Positions 42,080-51,970 of a DNA stretch of 54,340 nucleotides are shown here, piece by piece; the stretch's first letter is position 1, and every line of letters begins with the position of its first letter. A program made the position numbers and the translations under genes. The notes beneath the pieces are model-generated. The model did no database searches, had not been told where the DNA came from, and saw nothing but the letters and a program-made list of their open reading frames with translations. The DNA comes from a virus. The DNA lies in IMG/VR virus record IMGVR_UViG_3300002091_000038, positions 1-54,340 of that record. One strand, written 5' to 3'.

Positions 42080-44591
42080 ATCAATGGAAAACGAGCTTGT
42101 AGAGAGAATCAAGGCAGCGGCGACAGCCCACGACGGGGCGGCCATCTGCGGTATCCGGCTGCCGGCGCGGCCCGGGGAAAAGTTTCTGGTGCCGTGGCGG
42201 GAAGATCGCAAGCCCTCGGCATCGCTCACAATGGACCTGCAACGGGTGCTGGACTGGAGCACGGGGGAGAGTGAAGACGCGGCGGGGTTGATCGGCCGCA
42301 TCCTGGGCGCGAGTTTTCCGATGGCCATGAACCTGCTGGGGGTGCGTCTGGGTATGGGGGAACCGTTTCCCGATGCGCCGGAAATGGGCCGCTCCAAGCT
42401 GATCCTGCCCGGCTTCTCCGATTTTGCAGAGCCTGCGGAACCTGAGCCGATGCCGGCGGAATCCAAGGGCATCGCCAACTTTGGCACGACGCCCGATCAA
42501 GCGGCGCACAACTGGCTGGTGGACGTGTGCACGCACCTGGCGAACGATCTGGAAACGGCGGTGGCGGTGGCGGAATGGCGCGGGCTGCCCGTGGAGCTGG
42601 TGCAACGGCTGGCCAGGGAGCAGAGACTGGGCAGCTGTGGAGCGCGGGTGTGGATGCCGTGCAAGACAGTCAACGGGCTCATGGTGCGCGCCCAGGTGCG
42701 CAAGATCGGCCCGCGTGAGGCCGGGTGTGAATACTTCTGGCCCAAGGAATCGCCCCACAAGCCCGAGTTGTGGCTGGCCTGCGAGAATGGCGGCCGCGTG
42801 GTGGTCGGTGAGGGCTGGGGCGATGCAGCGGCCGCCCTGGCGCTGCTGAATGGGCAGCCAGTGACCATTGCGGCCACGCTGGGCACGGCAACGCGGCGTC
42901 TGGAGGTGCTGGCAGCGGAAGCGGCCTTGATCCTGCGCCAGAACGACCGCACCGATGCCAACGAACGCTGGGCGCGGTCCATTCGCGCTCTGTGGCCGTC
43001 CATCTCAGTGAAGTCGCTCATGCCGCCGGCTGGGGTGAAAGACTGGAATGACGTACTGAAAATTCATGGGCTGGCAGTGGCGGGGCAGCTGCTCAACGCG
43101 GCGCTGACAGTCCCCGATGATGAAGAGGTCACCAGCTCGCCGGAAATGGCGCAACGGCGGTTTCAGGATCTGAACGAGTCGCTGGCCAGTGAGGTCTTCA
43201 TCGAGCTGGTAGGCGGCGACATCCTGCACGATGACACTCTGACCGTGGCGGGCGACTGGTTCGCCTGGAAGGGCACGCACTGGCAGGCCGGGGCCTTCAA
43301 AACGGCGCAAGAGCGTGCCAAAGAGGTTCAGGAACTGCTCAAACGGGAGGCGCAAGGGGTGCGTGGCAGCCGGTCGCTGAAAAAGAACGGTGAAGAAGAC
43401 AAGCGCAAGAAGACTCCGAATGAGCTGTTTCTAGCCTTCGCGGCGGGCTGCGGACAAAGCCGGGTGTTGAAAAATTTCATGGGCCTGGCTGCCAGTGATC
43501 CGCGCATGGCGGCGCGGTTTGCAGAGGTGGACTATCCGCCCTACATGCTGCCCTGCTTGAACGGGGTCTTTGATCTGTCTTTGCGGGGCGATGGGTTTCG
43601 TGAGGCGAGGCGGAATGACATGATCACGCGGCGGGTGGGGGCCGCCTTCGATGAAGACGCGGCCTGCCCGGTGTGGCTGCGCACGCTGGAAAGTATTTTC
43701 GAGGGGGACCGGGAAAAGATCGCCTTCATGCAGCGCTGGTTTGGCTACAGCCTGACGGGCCGCATCCAAGAGCAGAAGCTGCTGTTTCTGTACGGCACGG
43801 GCTCCAACGGCAAGAGCACGATCTGTGAAATCCTGGTGGCGCTGCTGGGTGAGCTGGCCATCTCCGTGCCGCAAGAGGCGGTGGTGATCAACAAGCAGGG
43901 CAAAGATATGCCGGATCATGAGGGCATCCGGCTGCGTGGTGTGCGCGTGGCGCTGGCACCGGAAATCGACAAAGACGCCAAGCTCAACGAAGCCAAGGTG
44001 AAATCATTGACCGGCGGCGACACCATGCGCGGGCGGGCTCACTATGCGATGTCCCTCGAATTCCTGCCCACCCACAAGCTGATCTTCTTCGGCAATCACA
44101 AGCCCCTGGTGCGCGGTGGTGATGATGGCATCTGGCGTCGGTTCATCATGGCGCATCTGCGTGTGAAGTTTGAGGGCAAGCTGAAAGATCAGACGCTCAA
44201 AGACAAGCTCATGGCGGAACTCTCCGGTATTCTGAACTGGGCGATTGCCGGCTGTTGGGAGTGGCAGCGCGTGGGCCTGGCCGTGCCACAGTCGCTGCAA
44301 GATGAGGTCATGGAGTATCGCGAGAACTCCGATCAGTTTGGCGAGTTCATCGCTGAAAACGTCCAGCCGATGACGGGCATGAAGATCCCGCTCAAAAACC
44401 TCCGCGAAAAAGCCATCACCTGGGCGCGAGACATGGGCGAAAGCTGGATGGCGGAAAATATGAGCACGCAACGCCTGCGGCGGGAACTGGAAGATCGCGG
44501 CTGGAAGGTGGACAAGGATCGCAAGGGTTTGCAGTTCATCAGCGCGATGTGGCGGGATGGTGATGAACTTGTGGAGGATGGGAAGCTATGA
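42066..44591 (+). CDS. Primase-helicase (Toprim N-terminal region plus P4/D5-type SF3 NTPase)
   Basis: The Toprim-like segment is VVVGEGWGDAAAAL...ILRQNDRTDANERWA. The C-terminal part, WFGYSLTGRIQEQKLLFLYGTGSNGKST with Walker B-like VRVALAPE, is typical of phage/plasmid P4-family primases. Confidence 0.85.
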   Translation: MTPSGSMENELVERIKAAATAHDGAAICGIRLPARPGEKFLVPWREDRKPSASLTMDLQRVLDWSTGESEDAAGLIGRILGASFPMAMNLLGVRLGMGEPFPDAPEMGRSKLILPGFSDFAEPAEPEPMPAESKGIANFGTTPDQAAHNWLVDVCTHLANDLETAVAVAEWRGLPVELVQRLAREQRLGSCGARVWMPCKTVNGLMVRAQVRKIGPREAGCEYFWPKESPHKPELWLACENGGRVVVGEGWGDAAAALALLNGQPVTIAATLGTATRRLEVLAAEAALILRQNDRTDANERWARSIRALWPSISVKSLMPPAGVKDWNDVLKIHGLAVAGQLLNAALTVPDDEEVTSSPEMAQRRFQDLNESLASEVFIELVGGDILHDDTLTVAGDWFAWKGTHWQAGAFKTAQERAKEVQELLKREAQGVRGSRSLKKNGEEDKRKKTPNELFLAFAAGCGQSRVLKNFMGLAASDPRMAARFAEVDYPPYMLPCLNGVFDLSLRGDGFREARRNDMITRRVGAAFDEDAACPVWLRTLESIFEGDREKIAFMQRWFGYSLTGRIQEQKLLFLYGTGSNGKSTICEILVALLGELAISVPQEAVVINKQGKDMPDHEGIRLRGVRVALAPEIDKDAKLNEAKVKSLTGGDTMRGRAHYAMSLEFLPTHKLIFFGNHKPLVRGGDDGIWRRFIMAHLRVKFEGKLKDQTLKDKLMAELSGILNWAIAGCWEWQRVGLAVPQSLQDEVMEYRENSDQFGEFIAENVQPMTGMKIPLKNLREKAITWARDMGESWMAENMSTQRLRRELEDRGWKVDKDRKGLQFISAMWRDGDELVEDGKL

Positions 44592-44974
44592 GCGACGGTT
44601 ACACCATCTCCAAAGAGGAGTTCAACGCGCTCAAGTCGGGTGACATCGTGCTGGTGCGCGGGCGCTACCTGAGAACCATTCAGCACGGCCCCGGTGATGA
44701 TGGCAGTAATGGTGTCATTGTTTCCAAACTCAACCGCTCACAGTATCGCCAGGGGATCACGGTCTGTTTCTGGTGTGACGTCAACCGATCCTGGCAGAAA
44801 ACACCCATGCGCAACGCTGCCACCCTTAACGGCCTTGAATACGAGCGACTGTTAGTTCAGCGCTTTGATCCGTGCAAGGAAATGAAACGCGCCCTGTTCA
44901 GGCAACGGCGCTGCGACCGTCGCAAAGGCAAGAAGCCTTTCCACCCTAAAATCAAACCGATTGTTAAACCATGA
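44588..44974 (+). CDS. Hypothetical protein
   Basis: 128-aa ORF with ATGA overlaps on both sides. Confidence 0.45.
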   Translation: MSDGYTISKEEFNALKSGDIVLVRGRYLRTIQHGPGDDGSNGVIVSKLNRSQYRQGITVCFWCDVNRSWQKTPMRNAATLNGLEYERLLVQRFDPCKEMKRALFRQRRCDRRKGKKPFHPKIKPIVKP

Positions 44975-45420
44975 AGGCCATCTTTCTAGACTTCGATGGC
45001 GTGATTCTAGTGGCAGGTGATCCGCCTGACGGCAGCCTGATTGTACCGCCTGCACAGTGGAGCAAGCGGGCCATGGATCACATTGCCCATGTCTGCTTTG
45101 ATAACAATGCGGTGGTAGTGATCACCAGTGACTGGAGATGCTTGCCTGAGTCCATGGCGATGCAAGAATTTAGCCGCTCACCGCTGTCAACTCACTTTAA
45201 CGGCGGAAGGAAAACGCGACATGCATTAACGCGCTGGCGTGAAGTCCAAGCGTGGTTGTTAGAACACCCGGAAGTGACCGGCTACGCCATTCTTGAGGAT
45301 GATCGCCGGCATTTCGTCGGTGCACCGCCTGACATGGTGATGCGGGTGGTGTGGTGTAACAACCGCTATGGCTTCGTGCCGTCGCTGTTTCCGAAACTGG
45401 AAGAGATTCTTGAAAAATGA
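44971..45420 (+). CDS. HAD-superfamily phosphatase-like protein
   Basis: N-terminal motif I is IFLDFDGVI. Small, cap-less size (149 aa). Confidence 0.6.
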   Translation: MKAIFLDFDGVILVAGDPPDGSLIVPPAQWSKRAMDHIAHVCFDNNAVVVITSDWRCLPESMAMQEFSRSPLSTHFNGGRKTRHALTRWREVQAWLLEHPEVTGYAILEDDRRHFVGAPPDMVMRVVWCNNRYGFVPSLFPKLEEILEK

Positions 45421-45995
45421 GCGCGCTTCCTAACATCAGAATCATCTGTGACACCCGCGAGCCCTGGCCACACCCGTGGGCCGATCACCTGCCCGATGGC
45501 TGCACTATTGAACGTGGCACAATGGAAACGGGCGACTGGTGTGTGGCCGGGGCGCAAGACGGCGTGGTGATCGAGCGCAAGACGGTTTCGGATTTCCTGG
45601 GCACGATCACGACGGGCCGCGAGCGATTCGAAAAAGAGCTGCGGCGGGCGCGGCTGGATTGCAAGGCGCTGATCATCATTGTTGAGGGCAGTTTACCCGT
45701 GGTGCTGGCGCGGGCCGGGGGCATGAGCAAGGAGTCCCTGGTGGGCACGGTGGCGAGCTTTGCGCGGCGCAATGTGCCGGTGATCTTCGCCGGGGATCAA
45801 GAGCTTGCGGCGGGCATCGCGTTTGCGGCGCTGCTGCAGCCGATCAAGAGCATGGACAAGACGCTGCGCAGCGTGACCCATCAGGGCAAAAAAAAGACCG
45901 CTGGCGCTGAACGGGTTGAATCCGTCGCAATGCCAGCGGTCAAAGAGAAGCCGGAGGGTGAGGGTGTGTCGCGCCTAGTGTTTGGCGGGGGCTGA
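45417..45995 (+). CDS. ERCC4/XPF-Mus81-type nuclease
   Basis: ICDTRE...ETGDWCV...VVIERKTVSDFLGTI matches the GDxn-ERKxxxD signature. Confidence 0.75.
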   Translation: MSALPNIRIICDTREPWPHPWADHLPDGCTIERGTMETGDWCVAGAQDGVVIERKTVSDFLGTITTGRERFEKELRRARLDCKALIIIVEGSLPVVLARAGGMSKESLVGTVASFARRNVPVIFAGDQELAAGIAFAALLQPIKSMDKTLRSVTHQGKKKTAGAERVESVAMPAVKEKPEGEGVSRLVFGGG

Positions 45996-46637
45996 TCGGC
46001 GGGCTTGCTCTTCGTGCATGAGGCGGGCGAACAAATCGCCTCGGCTTTCGTCGCCACGAAGCTGATCGGCAAGCTGCCAGTCTGCGGGCCGCATGGAAAT
46101 GCCGCCGTTCACCTTGAGCTTTTCGCGCTGCGTTTCCTTGGGGCGGCCGATGCCAAGCTGGCCTTTCAACGGGCCGCGCTTGCCCGCTCCAAGGGGCCGC
46201 ACAACGAACTGGCGCGTGACTTTCTGGCCCGCCTCCGTGACAAACGTGGCGGTGACATGGCTGCCCTGCTGCTCCAGCTTTTCCAGGCTGGCGGCCGGAG
46301 GTTTCGGGCTTTCGGGATTCGGATTCGTGGGATTCATTTGCTGTGCGTTAAAGTTGTCTGGAACCTCGGCAACCGCAACCCGTAATCCGGCCCGCGTGAG
46401 CGCGTGGAAGAGGGCGGGGCTGCCGTGGACATTGGGGAAGCTGGTCAAATCGCCCTGCACCGTCTTGTCGTTCTCCAGGGCGGGCAACAATAAATGCACC
46501 CTCCGCGCATCGTCCCGACAAGTGACGTAGCGATTGCCGGCGCGAATGATGAGCGCGGTGTTTTCCTCCAGACCTGGCTTGATCTGGTCATAAATGGCGA
46601 AAATGGCGGCGATGGGGGTGGTGATGGTGGGTGGCAT
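45975..46637 (-). CDS. Stand-alone MutS domain I-like protein (lacking the Phe-x-Glu mismatch motif)
   Basis: TPIAAIFAIYDQIKPGLEENTALIIRAGNRYVTCRDDARRVHLLL...AGLRVAVAEV aligns with E. coli MutS [41 protein letters not shown]...QGESVAICEQ. GDFYE is replaced by GNRYV. Confidence 0.4.
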   Translation of the reverse strand: MPPTITTPIAAIFAIYDQIKPGLEENTALIIRAGNRYVTCRDDARRVHLLLPALENDKTVQGDLTSFPNVHGSPALFHALTRAGLRVAVAEVPDNFNAQQMNPTNPNPESPKPPAASLEKLEQQGSHVTATFVTEAGQKVTRQFVVRPLGAGKRGPLKGQLGIGRPKETQREKLKVNGGISMRPADWQLADQLRGDESRGDLFARLMHEEQARRSAPAKH

Positions 46638-46640
46638 AGA

Positions 46641-48323
46641 TCAGGCGGCGCAAAGGGTGAGAAGAGGGGCGGCAAGGGAGAGCTGGTGGTTGGCTTTGAA
46701 GTGCTGCGCGGCGGTGTCGTCGTTCAGTTCCTCGGCAGCCTCGGGGCCGGATTTCAGCCAGCCTTTCAAGCGGCCGTATTCAACGTTGAGCGCGAGCGCG
46801 AGACGCTGCGACAAGCGCAGGTGCATGTTACGGTTCTTGAATGCGCGGGCCTCATAGAGCACTTCTTTCTTGCCGGTGGTCGGATCGGTGAAATAGAACG
46901 TGTGCTTTTCATTGCTCTCCCACTGCGGGCCGCCTTCGCTCAGTTCGGGCGGGTTGGTGGTGCCTGGGAAACCAAGATTGTTGGCAATGGTAATCAGGTC
47001 GCGCAAAAATTCGTGGGCGCGCTCTTCCAAGTTGTTATGCCTGCGGTCCCATGAGTAGCTGCTGACGTTCAAGCCGCCGCAACTCCACATGACAATGCGA
47101 TACTCCAGGGCAAAATGCGTGCTCTTATCCTTGCTGTCGTTGTAGCGCCAGCGGTCAAACATGAAAGGTTTCTGGTTGGACTTGTAGAGGTAAACATTGG
47201 CCTTTTCCACCATGCTTTCAAAGGCGGTCACAAGCTGCGCGTCCATGTACCTGTTAGCGTTCTTGATAACCCAAACAATGACAGCGCTTATATTGGCCAC
47301 TGTGAAATCAACATGAACCTGCTTGTGCAAGGTGTCGAGCAGGGCTGCGCGGCTCTTGGACGTGAGGCGGTCGCATACGCTGCGCATGCGTGAAAAGAGC
47401 TGGTGCCAGTAAGCATTCTTCAAACCGTCAAGGCGCTGCTTGAGGCATGCCATGATGCGTGCCGGGGAAATATCGAACTCGCGCAAAAGATCGGTGTCGA
47501 GCTGTGCCACCAGTTCATAATTGCGCTGAATGCTGGCCATCTCCTGATTGTAGAGCTGCACCATTTGCGCGGGATAGTCCGGGCCGGGCTGGAGCTTGTG
47601 AAAGGGCCTGTGCCTGCCCCCGCCCTTGGGGCGTTCTGCATCGTCTTCACCGTCTGCTATACGTGGCGCGTCTTCGTCATAGCGTTTGATCATGGGGGCG
47701 AATTGCTCGGCAAAAAAGCGCTCAAAGGCGGCGTCCTTATTCTTGCTCAGTTCAATGCGCAGCAAATGTACCTTGGCGCGGGCGGCGCGGTCTTCGGCGT
47801 TGAGAAAGTCGAACTCGCCCACCACATGGGCCTTGGTGCCGCGATAAGCCAGGGCGGCGGTGATTTCCAGGCTATCGCGCCAGCGCTGGGGAATCACCAG
47901 ATAGACGGTATGCGCGGCAGCCTCGCGAATGAGCTTGACCGTCCACGGGATGAACTCAGAGTAAGGCGGGTTGGAGAACACGACGTCCACCTGCTTGGAA
48001 AGCAAAGACTGCTCCTCGAAGGCGGTGCCAACAATGAAAATGGAGGGATCAAGCTGGCCGCAAAGAATGGGGCTTTTCTCGATGGCGTAGAGTTCACTAA
48101 AGCCAAAATCTTCCGCGTGAAGCGCCATTAGCACCTTGCCGTTGCCCGCCCCCACGTCGAGAATGGAGGCGTGCTTGAGGCTGCGCTCGTAGTCGTTGCA
48201 ACGGTCCAAATTGCGGCGGATGTCAGCCGCGAGCGCTGCAATGATTTCGTTGGTGGTGGGGTAGAATTCGAAGTCCTGACCCTGGGTTTTCAAGGCGTCG
48301 AAAAGATCGGGTGTCGTTGTCAT
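46641..48323 (-). CDS. N6-adenine DNA methyltransferase with a large C-terminal domain (DUF4942-like architecture)
   Basis: ATG at 48323 (MTTTPDLF...). FYPTTNEII, motif I ILDVGAGNGKVL and motif IV VVFSNPPYSEF. A ~350-aa extension of unknown function follows. Confidence 0.8.
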   Translation of the reverse strand: MTTTPDLFDALKTQGQDFEFYPTTNEIIAALAADIRRNLDRCNDYERSLKHASILDVGAGNGKVLMALHAEDFGFSELYAIEKSPILCGQLDPSIFIVGTAFEEQSLLSKQVDVVFSNPPYSEFIPWTVKLIREAAAHTVYLVIPQRWRDSLEITAALAYRGTKAHVVGEFDFLNAEDRAARAKVHLLRIELSKNKDAAFERFFAEQFAPMIKRYDEDAPRIADGEDDAERPKGGGRHRPFHKLQPGPDYPAQMVQLYNQEMASIQRNYELVAQLDTDLLREFDISPARIMACLKQRLDGLKNAYWHQLFSRMRSVCDRLTSKSRAALLDTLHKQVHVDFTVANISAVIVWVIKNANRYMDAQLVTAFESMVEKANVYLYKSNQKPFMFDRWRYNDSKDKSTHFALEYRIVMWSCGGLNVSSYSWDRRHNNLEERAHEFLRDLITIANNLGFPGTTNPPELSEGGPQWESNEKHTFYFTDPTTGKKEVLYEARAFKNRNMHLRLSQRLALALNVEYGRLKGWLKSGPEAAEELNDDTAAQHFKANHQLSLAAPLLTLCAA

Positions 48324-48435
48324 GGGTGGTGAGGGATAGCGAGGGCAAGGCCTGCGATGTAAACGAGGGCGTGAAAGGCGATGATGAGCAGGGAAACGGT
48401 AGAGGGGCGCATTGCGAGTAATGGGGTGTCGTGGT

Positions 48436-48939
48436 TCATGCCAGGGGTTGCACAACTGGGCCGTCTGCGTTGAAGTTGAAAAGGAACATGCCGCCCTGGT
48501 CTAGAGTGATCTGGTAAATGGTGACATCCTCGCGCACGTCCACGCTGACAATGGTTCCGATGGATGGCCCCTTTTTGATGTGCTGCACCTCTTCATCGCC
48601 TTCCGTCCAGTCCACGTCACAAGAGACGGTTACGCGCTGGTTCTTGGTATAGTGCGGCGCGTGGTTGTTGGTCTGCACGTCCAATTCGTGGCTGTCCCAA
48701 GTGTATTCACAATTTTTCAGGGCTTGCTTTTTGCACCATGTGTCAATAATGGCGTTCCATTCAGGGCCGTTCATCTGGCACCGTTCCAAGGGTTCCAGAA
48801 TTTCGGAATGTTCATCTTCTGAAATGGTGGCTTCTACCTCTTCAATGATGGCAAGGCGCAACTCTTCGCGAGTGGCGAAAACACGGGAGCAAAGGCCGCC
48901 CGCATCGTGGGCGGTAAAGGTAAAAAAAAGGGCTTCCAT
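48436..48939 (-). CDS. Hypothetical protein
   Basis: 167-aa ORF in the leftward early operon. No motif. Confidence 0.45.
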   Translation of the reverse strand: MEALFFTFTAHDAGGLCSRVFATREELRLAIIEEVEATISEDEHSEILEPLERCQMNGPEWNAIIDTWCKKQALKNCEYTWDSHELDVQTNNHAPHYTKNQRVTVSCDVDWTEGDEEVQHIKKGPSIGTIVSVDVREDVTIYQITLDQGGMFLFNFNADGPVVQPLA

Positions 48940-49062
48940 AGGGGTTGAATGACTGAGGTTGATCTAATACGGGTGTTAAAAACATTTTCAGCCATCCGCG
49001 CATCGGCTGTTGATCTGGCGCGGCGCGGACTGGCTGGATTTGCGGGGGAAGGATTCGGCCGG

Positions 49063-49503
49063 CTAGCCGTTGGGGCCTGCGGCGTCGGGGTTGATCTGGC
49101 GTAGGGGTTTCGGCGTCCAGTGCAAATCAAGTTCCACGTTGTGGCCTACAAGCTCGGCAATCGAGATGTAGCCAAACTTGGGACCGTGGCCTAACAGGTT
49201 GGCAACGCCGAAAGCTTGAACCTGGCCCGCTCCGTCTGGGTCGCTGTCCTTCTCTGTGATATACCAGTCTGCGCCCCCTTTGAAGTAGTGAAGGGCGGCG
49301 ATGGCGTCCAGTCCCTGGCCGTCGGTCTGGTAGGTGGTGGGCATGGTCTGCACGGTGTGCGCCATGCGCTGAATAATTTCTTGAAAAGCTGCTGCTTCTT
49401 CACCCTCCAAGCACTCACGCAAAACGGCGCGTTGCTGGCGGGAAAGGTAGGGCGCAAGAGTGGTGCGCAAGATCTGGAGCGAGTCGGGGGCGGTGGTGTT
49501 CAT
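49063..49503 (-). CDS. DUF2958-like protein
   Basis: ATG at 49503. ALHYFKGGADWYITEKD...AFGVANLLGHGPKFGYISIAELVGHNVELDLHWTPKPL matches my recollection of the DUF2958 pattern found on plasmids and ICEs. Confidence 0.55.
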   Translation of the reverse strand: MNTTAPDSLQILRTTLAPYLSRQQRAVLRECLEGEEAAAFQEIIQRMAHTVQTMPTTYQTDGQGLDAIAALHYFKGGADWYITEKDSDPDGAGQVQAFGVANLLGHGPKFGYISIAELVGHNVELDLHWTPKPLRQINPDAAGPNG

Positions 49504-49546
49504 GACGGGATCTGGAAAAATGGGGGTGCGTGGTTCTGGTGGGGAT

Positions 49547-49849
49547 CTAGGAGCAACAACCGCAGCAAGGGGCATCCTCGCAACGGCCGCGCTTGTTCTG
49601 ATACCATTCCCCTCCACCAGTAAAGCGGGCGTAATTGGAGCCATAGCGCGAGCGCTGGGGGCGTGGCTGCCTGGGGATGTAACCAGCGGGGGCGGCTTCG
49701 ACTAGGGCGCGGGCTTCGTCGGCGCGCTCCTCGGGGATGTTCCAGCCTTTGGCGGTGGCGTTCCAAGTGCCTCCCATTGCCTTTAGCTGTTCCTTGACGG
49801 GGTAAGTGTTGCCAGTGATCACAATGGAGCGTGTAAGGGTGGTTGTCAT
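49547..49849 (-). CDS. Hypothetical protein with a Cys-rich C-terminus
   Basis: N-terminus IVITGNTYPVKEQLKAMGGTWNATAKGWNIP; C-terminus CEDAPCCGCCS. Confidence 0.45.
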   Translation of the reverse strand: MTTTLTRSIVITGNTYPVKEQLKAMGGTWNATAKGWNIPEERADEARALVEAAPAGYIPRQPRPQRSRYGSNYARFTGGGEWYQNKRGRCEDAPCCGCCS

Positions 49850-49868
49850 GGGGTGCGGCGGGTGGGTG

Positions 49869-50207
49869 TTAGAGTTCTGAAAGGGTGCGGAGTGCGGTGG
49901 CGGCGTCGCTGCTCAAGCGTCGGATATGGGAGCGGATGTAATTGGCGCGCTCCTCGGCTGCCTTCACGATTTGGGCGGCGTCCTGCTCTGCCTTGCTGAT
50001 TAGATCTGCGGCGCGCTCGGTTGCTCGCTGGTGGGTGGCTACAGCCTCGGCGCGTGCCTGGGCTGGGGTTGTGGTCGGGAAAATGTCGTTGCGGATGTCG
50101 GCGATAATTTCCGGCTCCGCGTGTTCCAGCCATTGGGCTAGGTAGCTATCGTGGGGCAGTGAGGCGCGGAACTTCTGGAGCGCTTCGATTTCGTGGGTCT
50201 TGGTCAT
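49869..50207 (-). CDS. Hypothetical helical protein
   Basis: ATG at 50207 (MTKTHEIEAL...). 112 aa. Confidence 0.45.
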   Translation of the reverse strand: MTKTHEIEALQKFRASLPHDSYLAQWLEHAEPEIIADIRNDIFPTTTPAQARAEAVATHQRATERAADLISKAEQDAAQIVKAAEERANYIRSHIRRLSSDAATALRTLSEL

Positions 50208-50220
50208 GGCGTGCGGTTGG

Positions 50221-50565
50221 TTAGCAGTCGATGGAATAGGACACCTTAACAATGGCGTATTGATAAACGGTGTCGCAGTGAATCAGCTCGGCGTAATTAC
50301 AAAAACGGCGGCCTGTGCAGTCTGCGCCTCCTCCGACTCGCTCGGGGCCCATGCCTATTTCAGCCATCAGGCGGCGTGCGGCGCGCTCGGCTCGCAGTTG
50401 CTCGCATTTCATGATGCGAGAATAACCGCCCCTCTTGTCCTCATTGATCAGGGAGGGGAAGCAAATCAGGCCTTTCAAGTCCAGCTTGTTCAAGCTGTGC
50501 GAAGTTTCACCGTATTTATCTACGGGGTAGGAAATCAATCCTGATACTCGTTCGGCGGGGTGCAT
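50221..50565 (-). CDS. Hypothetical protein
   Basis: 114-aa ORF with several Cys residues. No motif. Confidence 0.4.
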   Translation of the reverse strand: MHPAERVSGLISYPVDKYGETSHSLNKLDLKGLICFPSLINEDKRGGYSRIMKCEQLRAERAARRLMAEIGMGPERVGGGADCTGRRFCNYAELIHCDTVYQYAIVKVSYSIDC

Positions 50566-50581
50566 GGCGTTCGGTTGGTTG

Positions 50582-50881
50582 TTAGCGGTTGTTAGCGATG
50601 GCGGCGCGGGCTTCTGCCTCTGTGGTGAATCCGATCACCTCGCTTTCGCGTCCACCTTCAAGGGCGACAAAATAGCGGGCGTCGGGGAAGGTTTCGGCAG
50701 CGTCTAGGAATTCAATGGCGCGGGCGTAGTCGCTGCGGTCTGCTGCGGCGTTGGCTGCGGTCCTGAGTGCGGCGCGGGAAACTGGCACGTTGGGCGGCAG
50801 CTCCTGGGGAGTGATCGGATAAACTGCAAGGATGGTGCATGCAGTGGCGATGGTGAGAGCGGCGGTAATGATGTGGTTCAT
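50582..50881 (-). CDS. Small secreted/membrane-anchored protein
   Basis: ATG at 50881. MNHIITAALTIATACTILAV is an N-terminal hydrophobic segment. Confidence 0.4.
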   Translation of the reverse strand: MNHIITAALTIATACTILAVYPITPQELPPNVPVSRAALRTAANAAADRSDYARAIEFLDAAETFPDARYFVALEGGRESEVIGFTTEAEARAAIANNR

Positions 50882-50999
50882 GATCGGGACGGCGCGAGCG
50901 GGGCCGGTGGTGATTTCTCGCGACCCTCTGGCGAGGGTTTCGGCTGGGAATCGTCCAGCCATCATCAGGCGAGGTAATGGAGTGAGGGGCCTGGGTGGT

Positions 51000-51881
51000 T
51001 CAGACTTTGAGTTTGCGCATCTCCTCCGCGAGCGTCCAAAGGGCGCGGTTGATCTGGGTGTTTTGGTCAATGCCGTTGATTTCCCGTGTCCGGCGGTGGC
51101 TTCGCTCTCCGCTTTGCGGGTTGGTGTGGACGTAGCCAAGCCCGCCGCGAATAAGATTTTCCTGGGCGCGGTTCATGGTGCGCCAAAGATCGTTTCCAAC
51201 GTCGGCTTGTCGGCGGGGGGTTAGCAGTCGGTCGGAGGGCAACGGGGCTTCTTCCGGGCTGCCATAGCGGGCGACAAGGGCGGCATTGGCAAAGGCGCGG
51301 GCTTCGCCATCGGAGAGCGTCAAGCGCTCCATGTCCCGAATGCTGCGGGTGACCTCGGGGAGCTGCTCCATCAACTCAATGCATCCGTCAATGACGTTGG
51401 CGACAATGTCGCCCTGGTGCTTGACCTTCACGTTTTCAATCACGCTGTCACAAACCATCATGCCATTGGCGCAAACCAAGCGGAAGACTCCGGCGGAAAG
51501 CTGATAGCTGCTGGTGCCGTCGTGGCTGTTGATCATCACGATTTCGTTGTGATTCTGGCCCACCTGGGCAAGCTGGGAATCATGCCGGAAGCGCAACAAG
51601 TGCTTGGTGTAGTCGCGCTTTTCGTGGTCGCGGCTGCCTCCCTGCATGACGGCATAGGGGCGAAAGCCTGCGTCTGCCATGCGCTCGAGCAAAACGGCGG
51701 TGGGAATGTAGGTGTAGCGTTCGCTGCGGCTGGCGTGCTTGTCTCCGGCAAAGACTGACGGGGCAAGCTGGCGCAAGCGGTCGGTGGTGATGGGGTCGCG
51801 GCTGGTGTGGTTCACGGCTCCGTTGCTGCGGCCGAAGCGGCGGAAGGTGGAGGTAAAGGCGGGGGCGGGAATGGTGAACAT
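51000..51881 (-). CDS. DUF932 (phage/plasmid-like protein, TIGR03299-type)
   Basis: ATG at 51881. YIPTAVLLERM...VMINSHDGTSSYQLSAGVFRLVCANGMMV is the characteristic DUF932 core. Confidence 0.75.
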   Translation of the reverse strand: MFTIPAPAFTSTFRRFGRSNGAVNHTSRDPITTDRLRQLAPSVFAGDKHASRSERYTYIPTAVLLERMADAGFRPYAVMQGGSRDHEKRDYTKHLLRFRHDSQLAQVGQNHNEIVMINSHDGTSSYQLSAGVFRLVCANGMMVCDSVIENVKVKHQGDIVANVIDGCIELMEQLPEVTRSIRDMERLTLSDGEARAFANAALVARYGSPEEAPLPSDRLLTPRRQADVGNDLWRTMNRAQENLIRGGLGYVHTNPQSGERSHRRTREINGIDQNTQINRALWTLAEEMRKLKV

Positions 51882-51970
51882 GGTGATTAGGTTTCTATGG
51901 GTTCGGTGTTTTGGGTTCGTTGGCGTTGGGGAAAAGCTGCGCGTTGTGGAGGCGCGCCCCTCGGTGCTGG

